This document shows, one piece after another, positions 13,693 through 24,492 of a DNA stretch of 64,000 nt (position 1 is its first letter; every line of letters begins with the position of its first letter). Source of the DNA: Candidatus Poriferihabitans sp. (GTDB lineage: Bacteria; Pseudomonadota; Gammaproteobacteria; Arenicellales; Poriferihabitantaceae); NCBI GenBank assembly GCA_965220975.1, contig OZ244855.1, positions 1,390,730 to 1,454,729 of the forward strand, written 5' to 3'. Made by a program: the position numbers and the translations under genes. The notes below the pieces were generated by a model. The model worked only from the letters and a program-made list of their open reading frames with translations, had not been told where the DNA came from and searched no databases.

Positions 13693-14238
13693 TTATTGCC
13701 GAACCTGCTCACCCTGTTTTGGCGAATCAAAAAGCTCCTTGACTTTTTTGCCACGTTTCGCCGCAATGTACTTCTTGCCTTTGAGTTGACTGAGTCCGTT
13801 GATGGTTGCTCGAGTGACATTGATCGGATTGGTGGTACCAATCACCTTGGTCAATACATTCTCGACACCTACCGCTTCCAGAACAGCGCGCATCGTACCA
13901 CCGGCAATAATTCCTGTACCTTCAGCGGCCGGTCGCATGACCACCTTGGCTGCACCATGACGACCAGTAATCTGATATTGGATCGTATTGCCATTCAAAC
14001 TCACTCGAAACATGTTGCGCTTTGCATCTTCCATGGCTTTTTGTACCGCAACAGGAACCTCGCGAGCCTTGCCTCGCCCGATTCCGACACGACCATCGCC
14101 ATCGCCCACGACCGTCAACGCTGAAAACCCGAAAATTCGCCCTCCCTTGACAACCTTGGCTACTCTCCGAACGTTAATCAGATGTTCATGTAAATTATCT
14201 TGTGGAGGCGCCTCCCTCCTGTCTTTCGATTTAACCAT
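13693..14238 (-). CDS. rpsE: 30S ribosomal protein uS5
   Basis: [24 protein letters not shown]. Confidence 0.98.
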   Translation of the reverse strand: MVKSKDRREAPPQDNLHEHLINVRRVAKVVKGGRIFGFSALTVVGDGDGRVGIGRGKAREVPVAVQKAMEDAKRNMFRVSLNGNTIQYQITGRHGAAKVVMRPAAEGTGIIAGGTMRAVLEAVGVENVLTKVIGTTNPINVTRATINGLSQLKGKKYIAAKRGKKVKELFDSPKQGEQVRQ

Positions 14239-14255
14239 GTCAAATTTTCTGAGAA

Positions 14256-14612
14256 TTAAAAAGCAAGTCCGTTTTCTCGGGCGGCATCAGCAAAGGCGCG
14301 AACCCGACCATGATAGCGATATCCCGAACGATCAAAAGCAACGCTGCTTACTCCGGCAGATTGTGCGTTTTTCGCAATCAGGGCTCCAACCGCCTGGGCA
14401 GCAATACAGTTCCCTCCGTGCTGAATTGATTCACGTATCGATGGATCCAGTGTCGAGGCTGATGCCAGCACTCTTCCACCTGAAACATCATAAACCTGAG
14501 CATAAAAGTGTCGCGAGGTTCGAAATACCGACAAGCGAATTGCATCATGCAGAGCAATCTTGTAACGCGATCGCTTGGCTCGTTTCATTCTTGCCTGATT
14601 TTTATTAGCCAT
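14256..14612 (-). CDS. rplR: 50S ribosomal protein uL18
   Basis: [27 protein letters not shown]. Confidence 0.96.
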   Translation of the reverse strand: MANKNQARMKRAKRSRYKIALHDAIRLSVFRTSRHFYAQVYDVSGGRVLASASTLDPSIRESIQHGGNCIAAQAVGALIAKNAQSAGVSSVAFDRSGYRYHGRVRAFADAARENGLAF

Positions 14613-14646
14613 CTCTCTTAATCTCAAACTACCGAATTGCCGATTG

Positions 14647-15192
14647 TTATTTCTTCTTGGCCTGTTTTCGAACTACATACTCGTCTGCATATCGAATTCC
14701 CTTGCCCTTGTAGGGTTCGGGTGGACGAAACGCCCTTATTTCAGCAGCTACCTGTCCAACAGCCTGTTTATCAATACCACTGACAACAATCTCAGTCTGA
14801 CTTGGTGTATTCACCTCAATACCCTCGGGCAGTGAATAGGAAATCGGATGTGAGAACCCAAGGTTCAAATTGAGACTGCGACCTTGTGCCTGTGCTCGGT
14901 ACCCGACACCAGTAATTAAGAGTCGCTTACTGAATCCTGAAGAAACACCTGTGATTAGATTGTCAATCAAAGCCCGAGTCGTTCCCCACATCGAACGCAA
15001 TTGCTTGTCAATTTCCGAATCCTTGACATTGATCTCGACCGACAGTTCAGATTCGTTTTTCTGGACAGCCATGCCCGGAAACAACCTGAATCCGGATTCG
15101 CCTTTCGGCCCCTTTGCGTTAATCTGCCCATTCGAAATGTCAACCGTTACGCCAGTTGGAACACTAACCGGAATTTTTGCTATTCGTGACAT
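14647..15192 (-). CDS. rplF: 50S ribosomal protein uL6
   Basis: MSRIAKIPV, RPPEPYKGKGIRY. Confidence 0.98.
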   Translation of the reverse strand: MSRIAKIPVSVPTGVTVDISNGQINAKGPKGESGFRLFPGMAVQKNESELSVEINVKDSEIDKQLRSMWGTTRALIDNLITGVSSGFSKRLLITGVGYRAQAQGRSLNLNLGFSHPISYSLPEGIEVNTPSQTEIVVSGIDKQAVGQVAAEIRAFRPPEPYKGKGIRYADEYVVRKQAKKK

Positions 15193-15240
15193 AAAACCTG
15201 CTCAACTTTGATTTGTCTAGTTATCCAATCGAATATTGCA

Positions 15241-15636
15241 TTAAAAAACCGAACACACAACCTCGCCACCAACACCAGCCTGACGCGCCTGCTTGTCACT
15301 CATCAGTCCCTGTGAAGTAGATATTAACGCCACACCCAGTCCATTTTTCACCAAAGGTATTTGATCACAGGATACATAAGCGCGACAACTCGGCTTGCTC
15401 AAGCGTTTGATTTCTTCAATGACTGAATCGCCCCGATAGTATTTCAGCTGAATGTTCAGATTCCGTTTTGCGCCCTCGCCTTGCAAATCATATCCGCTGA
15501 TGTAACCTTCATCGAGCAGCACTTTGGCTATTTCGGTCTTGCTTTTCGAAGCCGGGATTGATACCGACTTCTTTGATGATCGAAAACCATTACGAATTCG
15601 AGTCAACATATCAGCAATTGGATCAGACATACTCAT
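15241..15636 (-). CDS. rpsH: 30S ribosomal protein uS8
   Basis: [27 protein letters not shown]. Confidence 0.98.
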   Translation of the reverse strand: MSMSDPIADMLTRIRNGFRSSKKSVSIPASKSKTEIAKVLLDEGYISGYDLQGEGAKRNLNIQLKYYRGDSVIEEIKRLSKPSCRAYVSCDQIPLVKNGLGVALISTSQGLMSDKQARQAGVGGEVVCSVF

Positions 15637-15664
15637 ATTTCACATTCCCGTTTCATGAACTGAT

Positions 15665-15970
15665 TTACCAGCTGGACTTCACAACACCCGGAGCCTCACC
15701 ACGCATGATGACCTCCCTAAGCTTACTCCGACTAAGTCCGAATTTTCGGTAGTATCCCCTTGATCTTCCCGTTAGACCACAGCGGTTTCTACCTCGTGAA
15801 GGACTCGAATCGCGTGGGAACTTCTGCAGTTCAAGCATGGCTTGAAATTGTTCTTCCATACTGAGCTCGGGGTTGATTATCCTTGACTTGACTTCAGTCC
15901 GCCTTTCCGCATACAGCCCAACCAGCTTGCGCCGTTTCGACTCCCGTGCGATCATTGATTTTTTGGCCAT
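15665..15970 (-). CDS. rpsN: 30S ribosomal protein uS14 (long, zinc-independent type)
   Basis: [31 protein letters not shown]. Confidence 0.97.
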   Translation of the reverse strand: MAKKSMIARESKRRKLVGLYAERRTEVKSRIINPELSMEEQFQAMLELQKFPRDSSPSRGRNRCGLTGRSRGYYRKFGLSRSKLREVIMRGEAPGVVKSSW

Positions 15971-15984
15971 AAGAATCTCCCGCG

Positions 15985-16530
15985 TTAGTTCTTTAATGGA
16001 AAATTGAAAGCCCTAAGCAAGGATTCCGCTTCACGATCATTGATTGCAGAAGTGGTGATACAGACATCCAGCCCCCGCAATGCATCAATATTGTCATAAT
16101 CAACTTCAGGAAAAACGATTTGCTCGCGTATACCAAATGAATAATTCCCCCTGCCATCAAACGACTTCTCAGACAAACCCCGAAAATCACGAACACGGGG
16201 AATTGCAACCGAAATCAGGCGATCCAGAAATTCATACATCCGGTCCCGGCGCAAGGTTACTTTGGCTCCGATTGGCCAACCTGTGCGAATCTTGAAATTT
16301 GCCTCAGAACGCCTGGCTTTTGTAACCATAGGTTTCTGTCCAGATATTTTTTCCAAATCAGACAGCGCACTTTGCAACACATTCTTGTTGGCTACAGCTT
16401 CACCTAACCCCATGTTCAACGTGATCTTGGTTATCCGCGGGACTTGCATGACACTCGCATATGCGAATTCTTTCTGCAAACCCGGAACAATTTCTGCATG
16501 ATATTTTTGTTTTAGTCTCGGCATGTTCAT
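15985..16530 (-). CDS. rplE: 50S ribosomal protein uL5
   Basis: [27 protein letters not shown]. Confidence 0.98.
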   Translation of the reverse strand: MNMPRLKQKYHAEIVPGLQKEFAYASVMQVPRITKITLNMGLGEAVANKNVLQSALSDLEKISGQKPMVTKARRSEANFKIRTGWPIGAKVTLRRDRMYEFLDRLISVAIPRVRDFRGLSEKSFDGRGNYSFGIREQIVFPEVDYDNIDALRGLDVCITTSAINDREAESLLRAFNFPLKN

Positions 16531-16544
16531 TCACCAGCTATCCA

Positions 16545-16871
16545 TTAACCAATATCGACAACTTCCTGATTTGACTTGAAGTATCGTACTTTTTTGCCGT
16601 CCTCAAGTGTTCGAAAACCAATTCGGTCCGGTTTTTTCGTAGTTGGATTGTACAAGGCAAGATTGGACAGATGAATCGGTGCTTCCTGTTGAATAATCCC
16701 GCCTTTTTCGTTCTTGTCCGGGTTTCCTTTCTTATGTTTTTTGACCAGATTAACATCATTCACATAGGCACGACCATCATTTGTCAAACGTAATACTTGT
16801 CCCCGCTTACCCTTGTAACGGCCTGAAATCACGATCACTTCATCGTCTTTACGAATTCTTTGCATTTGCAT
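16545..16871 (-). CDS. rplX: 50S ribosomal protein uL24
   Basis: KOW motif DEVIVISGRYKGKRG; EAPIHLSNLA. Confidence 0.97.
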   Translation of the reverse strand: MQMQRIRKDDEVIVISGRYKGKRGQVLRLTNDGRAYVNDVNLVKKHKKGNPDKNEKGGIIQQEAPIHLSNLALYNPTTKKPDRIGFRTLEDGKKVRYFKSNQEVVDIG

Positions 16872-16901
16872 ATCCAGTCAAGTTGAACTATGGAATTTGG
16901 A

Positions 16902-17270
16902 TTACAGAACTTCTGGCGCAAGAGAGATGATCCTCATGAATTTTTCCGAACGCAATTCACGAGTAACCGGGCCAAATATCCGCGTACCAATCGGCTGATG
17001 TGCATTATTCAGCAATACTGCTGAATTTCGATCAAAGCGAATCAGGGAACCATCCGGACGGCGCACGCCACTCTTCGTTCTGACAATTACCGCATCATAC
17101 ACATCACCTTTCTTGACCCGACTATTTGGCATAGCCTCCTTGATAGTAATCTTGATAATGTCACCGATTCTGGCATAGCGACGCTTCGACCCACCTAGAA
17201 CTTTGATACACATCACCTTTCTAGCACCGCTGTTATCGGCAACCGACAGCATACTTTGCATCTGAATCAT
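16902..17270 (-). CDS. rplN: 50S ribosomal protein uL14
   Basis: [25 protein letters not shown]. Confidence 0.98.
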   Translation of the reverse strand: MIQMQSMLSVADNSGARKVMCIKVLGGSKRRYARIGDIIKITIKEAMPNSRVKKGDVYDAVIVRTKSGVRRPDGSLIRFDRNSAVLLNNAHQPIGTRIFGPVTRELRSEKFMRIISLAPEVL

Positions 17271-17288
17271 TGCTTATTCCCTCAATCC

Positions 17289-18107
17289 CTATTGCACATG
17301 TGATACTACTTCAACCAGACGCCAGCATTTCGTTTTGGAAATCGGACGGCAGGATTCAAGACTGACAATATCCCCTACTGAAGATTCATTGTTTTCATCA
17401 TGAGCATGAAGCTTGTTCGAGCGTTTGATGTATTTCTTGTACAGGGGATGCTTGACTTTTCGTTCAACCAACACAACGATACTCTTGTGGCCAGACTTGC
17501 TCACTACATTGCCACGTATTTGGCGTTTGCCATCACCGACCGCCTGAGGAATTGCATCAATCAATGATGGCTCTTCCTTGACCGGTTCGGGCTCCGTTGG
17601 CTCTGGCAGAGATTCTGATTGCAGTGGCTCTGTTTGTTCCGACTTGGCATCAGACTCGACCTCGGTCGCTTCGGTCTCCGCCGGATCAGACTCAGTCTCT
17701 AATTTGGCAGAATCTTGTTCATTTTCTGCCTTCTTTTCAACACCATCAACAACCTTTTCCGCTGTATCTTCGCTTTCGGATAGGCTTGATTTCTCTTTTG
17801 AAATGAATTGTTTTTCATCATATTTTGAGAACTTCTCTTGAATTTGCAAGCTCAATACGGCAGCTTCATCAGCGGTAAACTTGTACTGGCCGGATGGTGC
17901 TTCTATTCCTGCTGCATCTTGAATGGCACGAACTTCTTTGCGAATTAGACGTGATGCTGTATCGGGTGTGCGGTCCGGCAAAAGCACATCACACAAATCA
18001 CGAATCTTGTATTGCTTTTCTGCATCGTCATATCCAAAACGTTCCCGGGCCTGCTGGATAGTCTCGGCATCAAACTTTTCGATCATTGTATTTGATTGTT
18101 CGCTCAT
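17289..18107 (-). CDS. rpsQ: 30S ribosomal protein uS17 with ~185-aa N-terminal extension
   Basis: The C-terminal ~85 aa are uS17 ([52 protein letters not shown]). ATG 18107 is 8 nt after the rpmC stop and the frame is uninterrupted. Confidence 0.9.
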   Translation of the reverse strand: MSEQSNTMIEKFDAETIQQARERFGYDDAEKQYKIRDLCDVLLPDRTPDTASRLIRKEVRAIQDAAGIEAPSGQYKFTADEAAVLSLQIQEKFSKYDEKQFISKEKSSLSESEDTAEKVVDGVEKKAENEQDSAKLETESDPAETEATEVESDAKSEQTEPLQSESLPEPTEPEPVKEEPSLIDAIPQAVGDGKRQIRGNVVSKSGHKSIVVLVERKVKHPLYKKYIKRSNKLHAHDENNESSVGDIVSLESCRPISKTKCWRLVEVVSHVQ

Positions 18108-18115
18108 TGGATTCC

Positions 18116-18313
18116 CTAACTCTGCTGTCCCGCTTTTTCAGTCAAGACAGTCTTAATTCTAGCAATGTCTTTTCTGACTCGAGAAAATTCTGAAATATTC
18201 GCGAGCTGATCACTGCTTAACTGAAAACGCAAATTGAATTGCTGCTTGCGAAGTCCAATCAAGTCGGACTTGAGATCTTCAATGCTTTTAAGTCTGAGTT
18301 CCGATGCTTTCAT
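18116..18313 (-). CDS. rpmC: 50S ribosomal protein uL29
   Basis: [25 protein letters not shown]. Confidence 0.97.
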   Translation of the reverse strand: MKASELRLKSIEDLKSDLIGLRKQQFNLRFQLSSDQLANISEFSRVRKDIARIKTVLTEKAGQQS

Positions 18314-18726
18314 TAGCCAACCTGCCTTTTTGCGAAATTTGTCTGTACGGGCAATTTTGCACTGGCGCGCCGAAATGCTTCGCGAGCAAGACTTTCATTG
18401 ACACCCTCAATTTCATACAACATGGTACCGGGTTGAACCAACGCTACCCAGAATTCAGGATTGCCTTTACCTTTACCCATCCGTACTTCAAGTGGTTTCT
18501 TTGAAATAGGCTTATCTGGAAAAATGCGAATCCAGAGACGCCCGCCTCGCTTGACATGGCGGGTTATCGCTCGGCGCCCCGCTTCAATTTGCCGCGCAGT
18601 CAGCCTTCCTCGAGTATTCGATTGCAATCCGAATTCTCCGAAACTGACTCGGTTACCACGAGTAGCCAAGCCACGATTGCGGCCCTTGTGCCGCTTTCTG
18701 AATTTCGTTCTTTTGGGTTGAAGCAT
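18313..18726 (-). CDS. rplP: 50S ribosomal protein uL16
   Basis: [20 protein letters not shown]. Confidence 0.98.
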   Translation of the reverse strand: MLQPKRTKFRKRHKGRNRGLATRGNRVSFGEFGLQSNTRGRLTARQIEAGRRAITRHVKRGGRLWIRIFPDKPISKKPLEVRMGKGKGNPEFWVALVQPGTMLYEIEGVNESLAREAFRRASAKLPVQTNFAKRQVG

Positions 18727-18730
18727 GGTT

Positions 18731-19411
18731 TCAGGCTCCCGGAACTGTTGCAGTTTCTGTAATTTCGGGTTTGACTGGTTCTTCCTCGAAAATCTCGCCC
18801 TTGAAAATCCATACCTTTACACCAAGAATTCCATAAGTAGTCAACGCTTCATGAAAACCATAATCAATGTCGGCTCGCAACGTATGCAACGGTACTCGAC
18901 CTTCGCGGTACCATTCGCTTCTCGCAATTTCTGCGCCATTCAGTCTGCCTGAAATCATTACCTTGACACCTTCAGCACCTAATCGCATGGCGTTTTGTAC
19001 TGCCCGTTTCATGGCACGTCGAAACAAAATGCGTTTTTCCAACTGCTGACAGATGCTCTCTGCTACCAGTTTTGCATCCAGCTCTGGCTTGCGTATTTCT
19101 TCAACAGCAACTTGCACAGGGCTGCCGTTAATCTGGCTTAGCTGATGCCTGAGTCGTTCGATATCCTCTCCCTTTTTACCGATCACGATGCCTGGACGTG
19201 CCGTATAAATCGTAACATTCAGATTCTGGGCCGGTCTTTCGATAGTAATTCGACTTACTGCGGCATTGACCAGCTTCCGGTTCAGAAAATCTCGAATCTT
19301 GAGATCGCTTGCAAGGGTTGTCGAATAGTTGCGGTTGTTCGCAAACCATTTGACATTCCAGTCCTTGACAATCCCGAGACGAAATCCAGTAGGTTGTACT
19401 TTCTGACCCAT
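18731..19411 (-). CDS. rpsC: 30S ribosomal protein uS3
   Basis: [13 protein letters not shown] start at 19411; [14 protein letters not shown]. Confidence 0.97.
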   Translation of the reverse strand: MGQKVQPTGFRLGIVKDWNVKWFANNRNYSTTLASDLKIRDFLNRKLVNAAVSRITIERPAQNLNVTIYTARPGIVIGKKGEDIERLRHQLSQINGSPVQVAVEEIRKPELDAKLVAESICQQLEKRILFRRAMKRAVQNAMRLGAEGVKVMISGRLNGAEIARSEWYREGRVPLHTLRADIDYGFHEALTTYGILGVKVWIFKGEIFEEEPVKPEITETATVPGA

Positions 19412-19431
19412 GTTCTTGCCCGATAATTTAG

Positions 19432-19809
19432 TTAGTTGCGTTGCTTGCGATTTCGATTTGGTCCATCGCTGACCGACACCGTAATGTGACAATTTCGTTT
19501 GAAGATGCGGGTTCCTCGCCCCTTCGCCCGTGCACGAAATCGCTTCATGGTCGGCGCTTCATCCACCATGATTTGACTGACCCAGAGTTCATCGACATCC
19601 AAATTCTTGTTATGATCGGCATTGGCAATTGCCGACTCTAAAGTCTTGCGAACTGGCAGAGCCGCTTTTCGATTGCTGAATTTCAGCAAATCAACTGCTC
19701 GCTCGACTGGCAGGTTTCTTATCTGGTTGGCCAGCAGGCGAGCTTTCTGTGGTGAAAGCCGGACATATTTTGCTGTGGCTCTGACTTGCATCGTATTCTT
19801 ATCCTTCAA
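19432..19809 (-). CDS. rplV: 50S ribosomal protein uL22
   Basis: [20 protein letters not shown]; true start may be ATG 19791. Confidence 0.96.
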   Translation of the reverse strand: MKDKNTMQVRATAKYVRLSPQKARLLANQIRNLPVERAVDLLKFSNRKAALPVRKTLESAIANADHNKNLDVDELWVSQIMVDEAPTMKRFRARAKGRGTRIFKRNCHITVSVSDGPNRNRKQRN

Positions 19810-19839
19810 ACAGCTGGATTAGTCTTTTTTGACAATCTG

Positions 19840-20112
19840 TTACTTGGTTTTCTTGTTCGCGACATGACCGCGATAAGTACGAGTTGGGGCAAACTCCCCC
19901 AGCTTATGACCGACCATATTCTCGGTAATCAGAATTGGCACATGCTGACGGCCATTGTGTACCGCAATCGTCAAGCCCACAAATTCTGGCATGATCATAG
20001 AACGTCTTGACCAAGTCTTTATTGGACGTCGTGAATTTTCTGCATGGGCCTGCTCAACATGCGACCAGAGATGATGATCTACAAATGGTCCCTTTTTAAT
20101 GGATCGTGGCAT
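19840..20112 (-). CDS. rpsS: 30S ribosomal protein uS19
   Basis: [25 protein letters not shown]. Confidence 0.98.
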   Translation of the reverse strand: MPRSIKKGPFVDHHLWSHVEQAHAENSRRPIKTWSRRSMIMPEFVGLTIAVHNGRQHVPILITENMVGHKLGEFAPTRTYRGHVANKKTK

Positions 20113-20114
20113 GT

Positions 20115-20939
20115 TTATTTCTTACGTCTACGAATGATCATGGAATTGGAAGCTTTTTTCGAGCGGGTTCGATGCCCTTTAGTTGGAACGCCCCACGGAG
20201 ATACCGGATGCCGACCACCTGAGGTACGACCTTCACCACCGCCATGTGGATGATCAACCGGATTCATGGCAACACCCCGTACGGTAGGCCGAATACCCCG
20301 CCATCGCTTGGCACCTGCCTTGCCCAGTTTTTGTAAACTGTTCTCGGAATTACCCACTTGTCCGATTGTTGCACGGCAGTCAAGATGTGTTCTCCGTACC
20401 TCACCTGAACGCAAACGCAATTGCGCATAAGCACCTTCCTTTCCAAGCAGTTGTGCATAGGAACCGGCAGAACGAGCGATTTGAGCACCCTTACCTGGCT
20501 TTAACTCGACACAGTGAATGAGAGTTCCATCCGGAATGTTGCGTATCGGCATGGCATTACCTGCTTTATATCCGCTTCCGGGCCCAGACATTACAGTATC
20601 CCCAGGCTTCAGGCCACGCGGAGCAATAATATACCGATACTCACCGTCCTTATAAGAGAGCAAGGCAATATGCGCACTCCGGTTTGGATCATATTCCAGT
20701 CGTTTGACTACCGCCGGCACGCCATCTTTCCTGCGCTTGAAATCAATCAAACGGTATTTTCGCTTGTGACCACCACCTCGATGACGAACAGTAATTTGGC
20801 CACTATTGTTTCGTCCACTGATCGCTATCTTTTGCTGAACAAGTGCACGATGTGGTCCTCCTTTATGCAGGTCCGAATTAACCGCCTTGACCATGCCGCG
20901 ACGTCCCGGACTCGTTGGATTTTGTTTAACTAGCGCCAT
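20115..20939 (-). CDS. rplB: 50S ribosomal protein uL2
   Basis: [29 protein letters not shown]. Confidence 0.98.
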   Translation of the reverse strand: MALVKQNPTSPGRRGMVKAVNSDLHKGGPHRALVQQKIAISGRNNSGQITVRHRGGGHKRKYRLIDFKRRKDGVPAVVKRLEYDPNRSAHIALLSYKDGEYRYIIAPRGLKPGDTVMSGPGSGYKAGNAMPIRNIPDGTLIHCVELKPGKGAQIARSAGSYAQLLGKEGAYAQLRLRSGEVRRTHLDCRATIGQVGNSENSLQKLGKAGAKRWRGIRPTVRGVAMNPVDHPHGGGEGRTSGGRHPVSPWGVPTKGHRTRSKKASNSMIIRRRKK

Positions 20940-20968
20940 TGTTCTTTGTCTTCACATTGAAAATAATT

Positions 20969-21277
20969 TCATTTAACATCCATGTTGTGGAAATCAAAAT
21001 CCTGTCCAGGCTCCAGGCATACATAAGCCTTTTTCCAATCGTTTTGCCTGCCTTTTTTGCGTCCAAAGCCCTTGACCTTGCCTCGAACATTTGAAATTTG
21101 AACCCGCTTTACTTTCAACTCAAACAGAGTCTCTACAGCAGTTCGTATTTCTTTCTTGTTCGCATTGGGCAAGACTTTTAAAACCATCTGGCTGTTATCA
21201 CCCATACGCGTTGATTTCTCAGAAATCAATGGCTCCTGAATTATTTGGTACAGTCGTTCCTTATTCATCTTCATCAA
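20969..21277 (-). CDS. rplW: 50S ribosomal protein uL23
   Basis: PLISEKS..ANKKEIRTAVETLF..WKKAYV. Confidence 0.96.
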   Translation of the reverse strand: MMKMNKERLYQIIQEPLISEKSTRMGDNSQMVLKVLPNANKKEIRTAVETLFELKVKRVQISNVRGKVKGFGRKKGRQNDWKKAYVCLEPGQDFDFHNMDVK

Positions 21278-21281
21278 GCAA

Positions 21282-21914
21282 TTATTGCAATACTTTATCG
21301 ATCGCTTGTATCGCTTCAGCGGTCATCATTACTTTGTCATGCAAAATTAAGCTTACCGGATTTAGGTTTTGTGAAGTACTAACGGATACACCGGGTAGAT
21401 TGCGCGATGATAACTCAAGGTTACGATCTGATTCAGACAGGACAATCAGGCATTGAAGAGCATCCATTGGCTTCAATATTTTGGTCAGGGTCTTGGTTTT
21501 CGGTTCGGACATGGTTAATCCATCAACTACAATCAAACGATTCTGACGATTCAGTTCGGAAAGAATCGAGCGAATGGCTGCCCGATACATTTTTCGATTC
21601 ACTTTATGTGAAAAATCACGCGTTGAAGCGGGAAATGCACGACCTCCACCACGAAACAACGGACTTCTGATGGTACCAGCACGAGCGCGGCCGGTACCTT
21701 TTTGTCTCCAGGGTTTTGTACCACCACCTCGAACCTGCGAGCGATTTTTCTGGGCACGAGTTCCCTGACGCCCACCCGCCTGATAGGCGACCACCACCTG
21801 ATGAACCAAGACCTCATTGAACTCGACACCAAATGCAGAATCAGAAACCGAGACCGTTTCTGGGCCGCTTTCAGAATTTGCAATGACCGAGGTAATGGCT
21901 AGATCAATTGGCAT
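21282..21914 (-). CDS. rplD: 50S ribosomal protein uL4
   Basis: [14 protein letters not shown]; ATG 21914 overlaps the rplC end by 11 nt. Confidence 0.96.
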   Translation of the reverse strand: MPIDLAITSVIANSESGPETVSVSDSAFGVEFNEVLVHQVVVAYQAGGRQGTRAQKNRSQVRGGGTKPWRQKGTGRARAGTIRSPLFRGGGRAFPASTRDFSHKVNRKMYRAAIRSILSELNRQNRLIVVDGLTMSEPKTKTLTKILKPMDALQCLIVLSESDRNLELSSRNLPGVSVSTSQNLNPVSLILHDKVMMTAEAIQAIDKVLQ

Positions 21915-22878
21915 TCTTTCCACCCTCCGATTTCTCTGGATCATCGAGTTCTTCGGCCAAAGGGGATGATTCCGATGTCTCCGTTGATACCGCATCGCCA
22001 TCTTTGCCAGATTTCGTATCTTCTCGTTCAGGCACTTCTGTCGATTCGGCTGATTTCGAATCCTCTGCCACGTCTGACGCCGAGGTATCATTGCTTTTCT
22101 CAGCATCAAGCATTTCAGTCGACTGATAAGTTTCCGGAGCTTCCGTCTCTGTGATTTCTGGCGTATTCTCTTCGACCGGATCAAGAGATGCCGGACTTGA
22201 CCAGTCAGAATGTTCGGTGATGTCAGCCAAAATATCCGTTTTCTCCTTGCTCTTGATGGCAGGCTTGATTATGACGTCACTGCCTTTGGATCCGGGAATG
22301 GAACCTGATATCAATACGATATTCCGTTCACCATCTACCTTGACTATATCCAAATTCTGCTGCACAACATTTTGATCGCCCTGATGGCCAGCCATTTTCT
22401 TGCCCTTGAATACGCGACCGGGATCTTGTGCGTTGCCGATCGAACCGGCGAGGCGGTGCGCTTTTGAATTTCCATGCGAAGCGCGTCCGCCACCAAATCC
22501 GTAACGTTTCATAACACCACTGAAACCTTTACCGATTGAACGACCGCTAACATCAACTTTCATTCCTTCTTTGAGCAGATCAACGGTCAGCTCATAACCA
22601 GGGGAAACTTCAGGCTCATGATCCAAACGAAATTCCCAGACACCTCGTCCCGGTTCAACTGCGGCTTTTGCAAAATGCCCTTTCATCGGTTTGCTCACTC
22701 GATTTGGTCTGCGCTCTCCGGTAGTCACCTGAATTCCATCATAGCCATCGATATTTTTGGTTCGGACCTGAGTGACCGAATTTGGCAATATCTCGATAAT
22801 CGTAACGGGAATCGAGTTTCCTTCGGGCGTAAAGACCCGACTCATTCCAATTTTCCTGCCTACAAGACCCGCTGACAT
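21904..22878 (-). CDS. rplC: 50S ribosomal protein uL3 with ~115-aa acidic C-terminal tail
   Basis: [32 protein letters not shown]; low-complexity E/D/S/T tail after the normal end (VIIKPA). Confidence 0.95.
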   Translation of the reverse strand: MSAGLVGRKIGMSRVFTPEGNSIPVTIIEILPNSVTQVRTKNIDGYDGIQVTTGERRPNRVSKPMKGHFAKAAVEPGRGVWEFRLDHEPEVSPGYELTVDLLKEGMKVDVSGRSIGKGFSGVMKRYGFGGGRASHGNSKAHRLAGSIGNAQDPGRVFKGKKMAGHQGDQNVVQQNLDIVKVDGERNIVLISGSIPGSKGSDVIIKPAIKSKEKTDILADITEHSDWSSPASLDPVEENTPEITETEAPETYQSTEMLDAEKSNDTSASDVAEDSKSAESTEVPEREDTKSGKDGDAVSTETSESSPLAEELDDPEKSEGGKNAN

Positions 22879-22900
22879 GATTTGTCTCCTGATAACCGAC

Positions 22901-23218
22901 TCAATTCAATTTAATTTCTACGTCAACCCCAGCTGCAAGATCCAGCTTCATCAATGCATCGACAGTCTTGTCTGTCGGTTGCACAATTTCCAGAATCCGC
23001 TTGTGAGTCCGAATCTCAAACTGATCACGCGATTTCTTGTCGACATGAGGTGACCGAAGCAGCGTGTACTTCTCTATCTTGGTTGGCAATGGGATCGGTC
23101 CCAATACCAGGGCACCAGTCCTACGGGCAGTCTCGACGATCTCAAACGCAGAGCGATCGATCGATTTATGATCAAAAGCCTTGAGACTAATTCGAATTTT
23201 CTGATTCTCAACCATCAC
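22901..23218 (-). CDS. rpsJ: 30S ribosomal protein uS10
   Basis: [31 protein letters not shown]. Confidence 0.98.
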   Translation of the reverse strand: MMVENQKIRISLKAFDHKSIDRSAFEIVETARRTGALVLGPIPLPTKIEKYTLLRSPHVDKKSRDQFEIRTHKRILEIVQPTDKTVDALMKLDLAAGVDVEIKLN

Positions 23219-23249
23219 TTCCTACCCCTTGCCATTGAATCAATCAGAA

Positions 23250-24443
23250 TCACTGAAGGATTTTGGTAACGACGCCGGCTCCGACGGTTCGTCCGCCTTC
23301 GCGAATCGCGAACCGCAGACCCTCCTCCATGGCAATCGGAGCAATCAGCTCCGCCACCATGTGCACATTGTCGCCCGGCATCACCATCTCCACACCCTCC
23401 GGCAAATCGCAGGCACCCGTCACATCCGTCGTGCGAAAATAGAACTGCGGACGATATCCCTGAAAAAAGGGCGTGTGACGACCACCCTCCTCCTTCGACA
23501 GAATATAGACCTCCGACTCAAACCGGGTGTGCGGAGTGATCGACTTCGGCTTCGCCAGCACCTGACCACGCTCCACCTCATCACGCTTGGTACCACGCAA
23601 CAACACACCAACATTGTCTCCAGCCTGACCCTCGTCCAGCAACTTGCGAAACATCTCGACACCCGTGCAAGTCGTCAAACCCGTATCGCGAATGCCCACA
23701 ATCTCTATCTCCTGACCAACCCGGATCACACCCCGCTCAATCCGACCCGTCACCACCGTACCCCGACCCGAAATCGTGAACACATCCTCCACCGGCATCA
23801 GAAAATCACCGTCCACCGACCTCTCCGGCTCCGGTATGTGACTGTCCAGCGCCTCCGCCAGACGCTGAATCGATCCCTCGCCCAAATCCGAATCCTCCCC
23901 CTCCAGAGCCTTCAACGCACTGCCCACCACAATCGGCGTGTCGTCACCCGGAAATTCATACGTGTCCAGCAACTCCCGTATCTCCATCTCCACCAGCTCC
24001 AGCAACTCCTCATCGTCAACCATGTCCGCCTTGTTCAAGTACACCACCATGTGCGGCACGCCTACCTGACGAGCCAGCAAAATGTGCTCGCGCGTCTGCG
24101 GCATCGGACCATCCGCCGCCGAACAAACCAGAATCGCACCATCCATCTGCGCCGCACCCGTGATCATGTTCTTCACATAGTCCGCATGACCCGGACAGTC
24201 CACATGCGCATAATGACGCAACTCCGTCTCGTACTCCACATGCGCCGTCGCAATCGTGATCCCTCGCTCACGCTCCTCCGGAGCATTGTCTATCTCGTCA
24301 AACGCCTTCGCCTCCGTACCACCGTAACGCGCCGACAACACCCGCGTCATCGCCGCCGTCAAAGTCGTCTTGCCATGATCCACATGACCTATCGTGCCTA
24401 CATTCACATGCGGCTTCGTACGCTCAAATTTTTCTTTCGCCAT
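23250..24443 (-). CDS. tuf: Elongation factor Tu (str-operon copy)
   Basis: [34 protein letters not shown]. Confidence 0.99.
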   Translation of the reverse strand: MAKEKFERTKPHVNVGTIGHVDHGKTTLTAAMTRVLSARYGGTEAKAFDEIDNAPEERERGITIATAHVEYETELRHYAHVDCPGHADYVKNMITGAAQMDGAILVCSAADGPMPQTREHILLARQVGVPHMVVYLNKADMVDDEELLELVEMEIRELLDTYEFPGDDTPIVVGSALKALEGEDSDLGEGSIQRLAEALDSHIPEPERSVDGDFLMPVEDVFTISGRGTVVTGRIERGVIRVGQEIEIVGIRDTGLTTCTGVEMFRKLLDEGQAGDNVGVLLRGTKRDEVERGQVLAKPKSITPHTRFESEVYILSKEEGGRHTPFFQGYRPQFYFRTTDVTGACDLPEGVEMVMPGDNVHMVAELIAPIAMEEGLRFAIREGGRTVGAGVVTKILQ

Positions 24444-24492
24444 GAATTTGTCTCTCCTGAGTATCGACTAAATATTGGTTGATTTCGAGAAT

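Noticed and set aside
21915-22184. Apparent 90-aa N-terminal extension of uL4
   Set aside because: Alternative frame of the low-complexity uL3 tail; the ATG at 21914 gives normal-sized uL4.
23229-24482. 417-aa plus-strand ORF (and the 365-aa ORF at 41270-42367)
   Set aside because: Antisense shadows of tuf caused by its lack of A-ending codons; His/Arg/Leu-rich nonsense composition.
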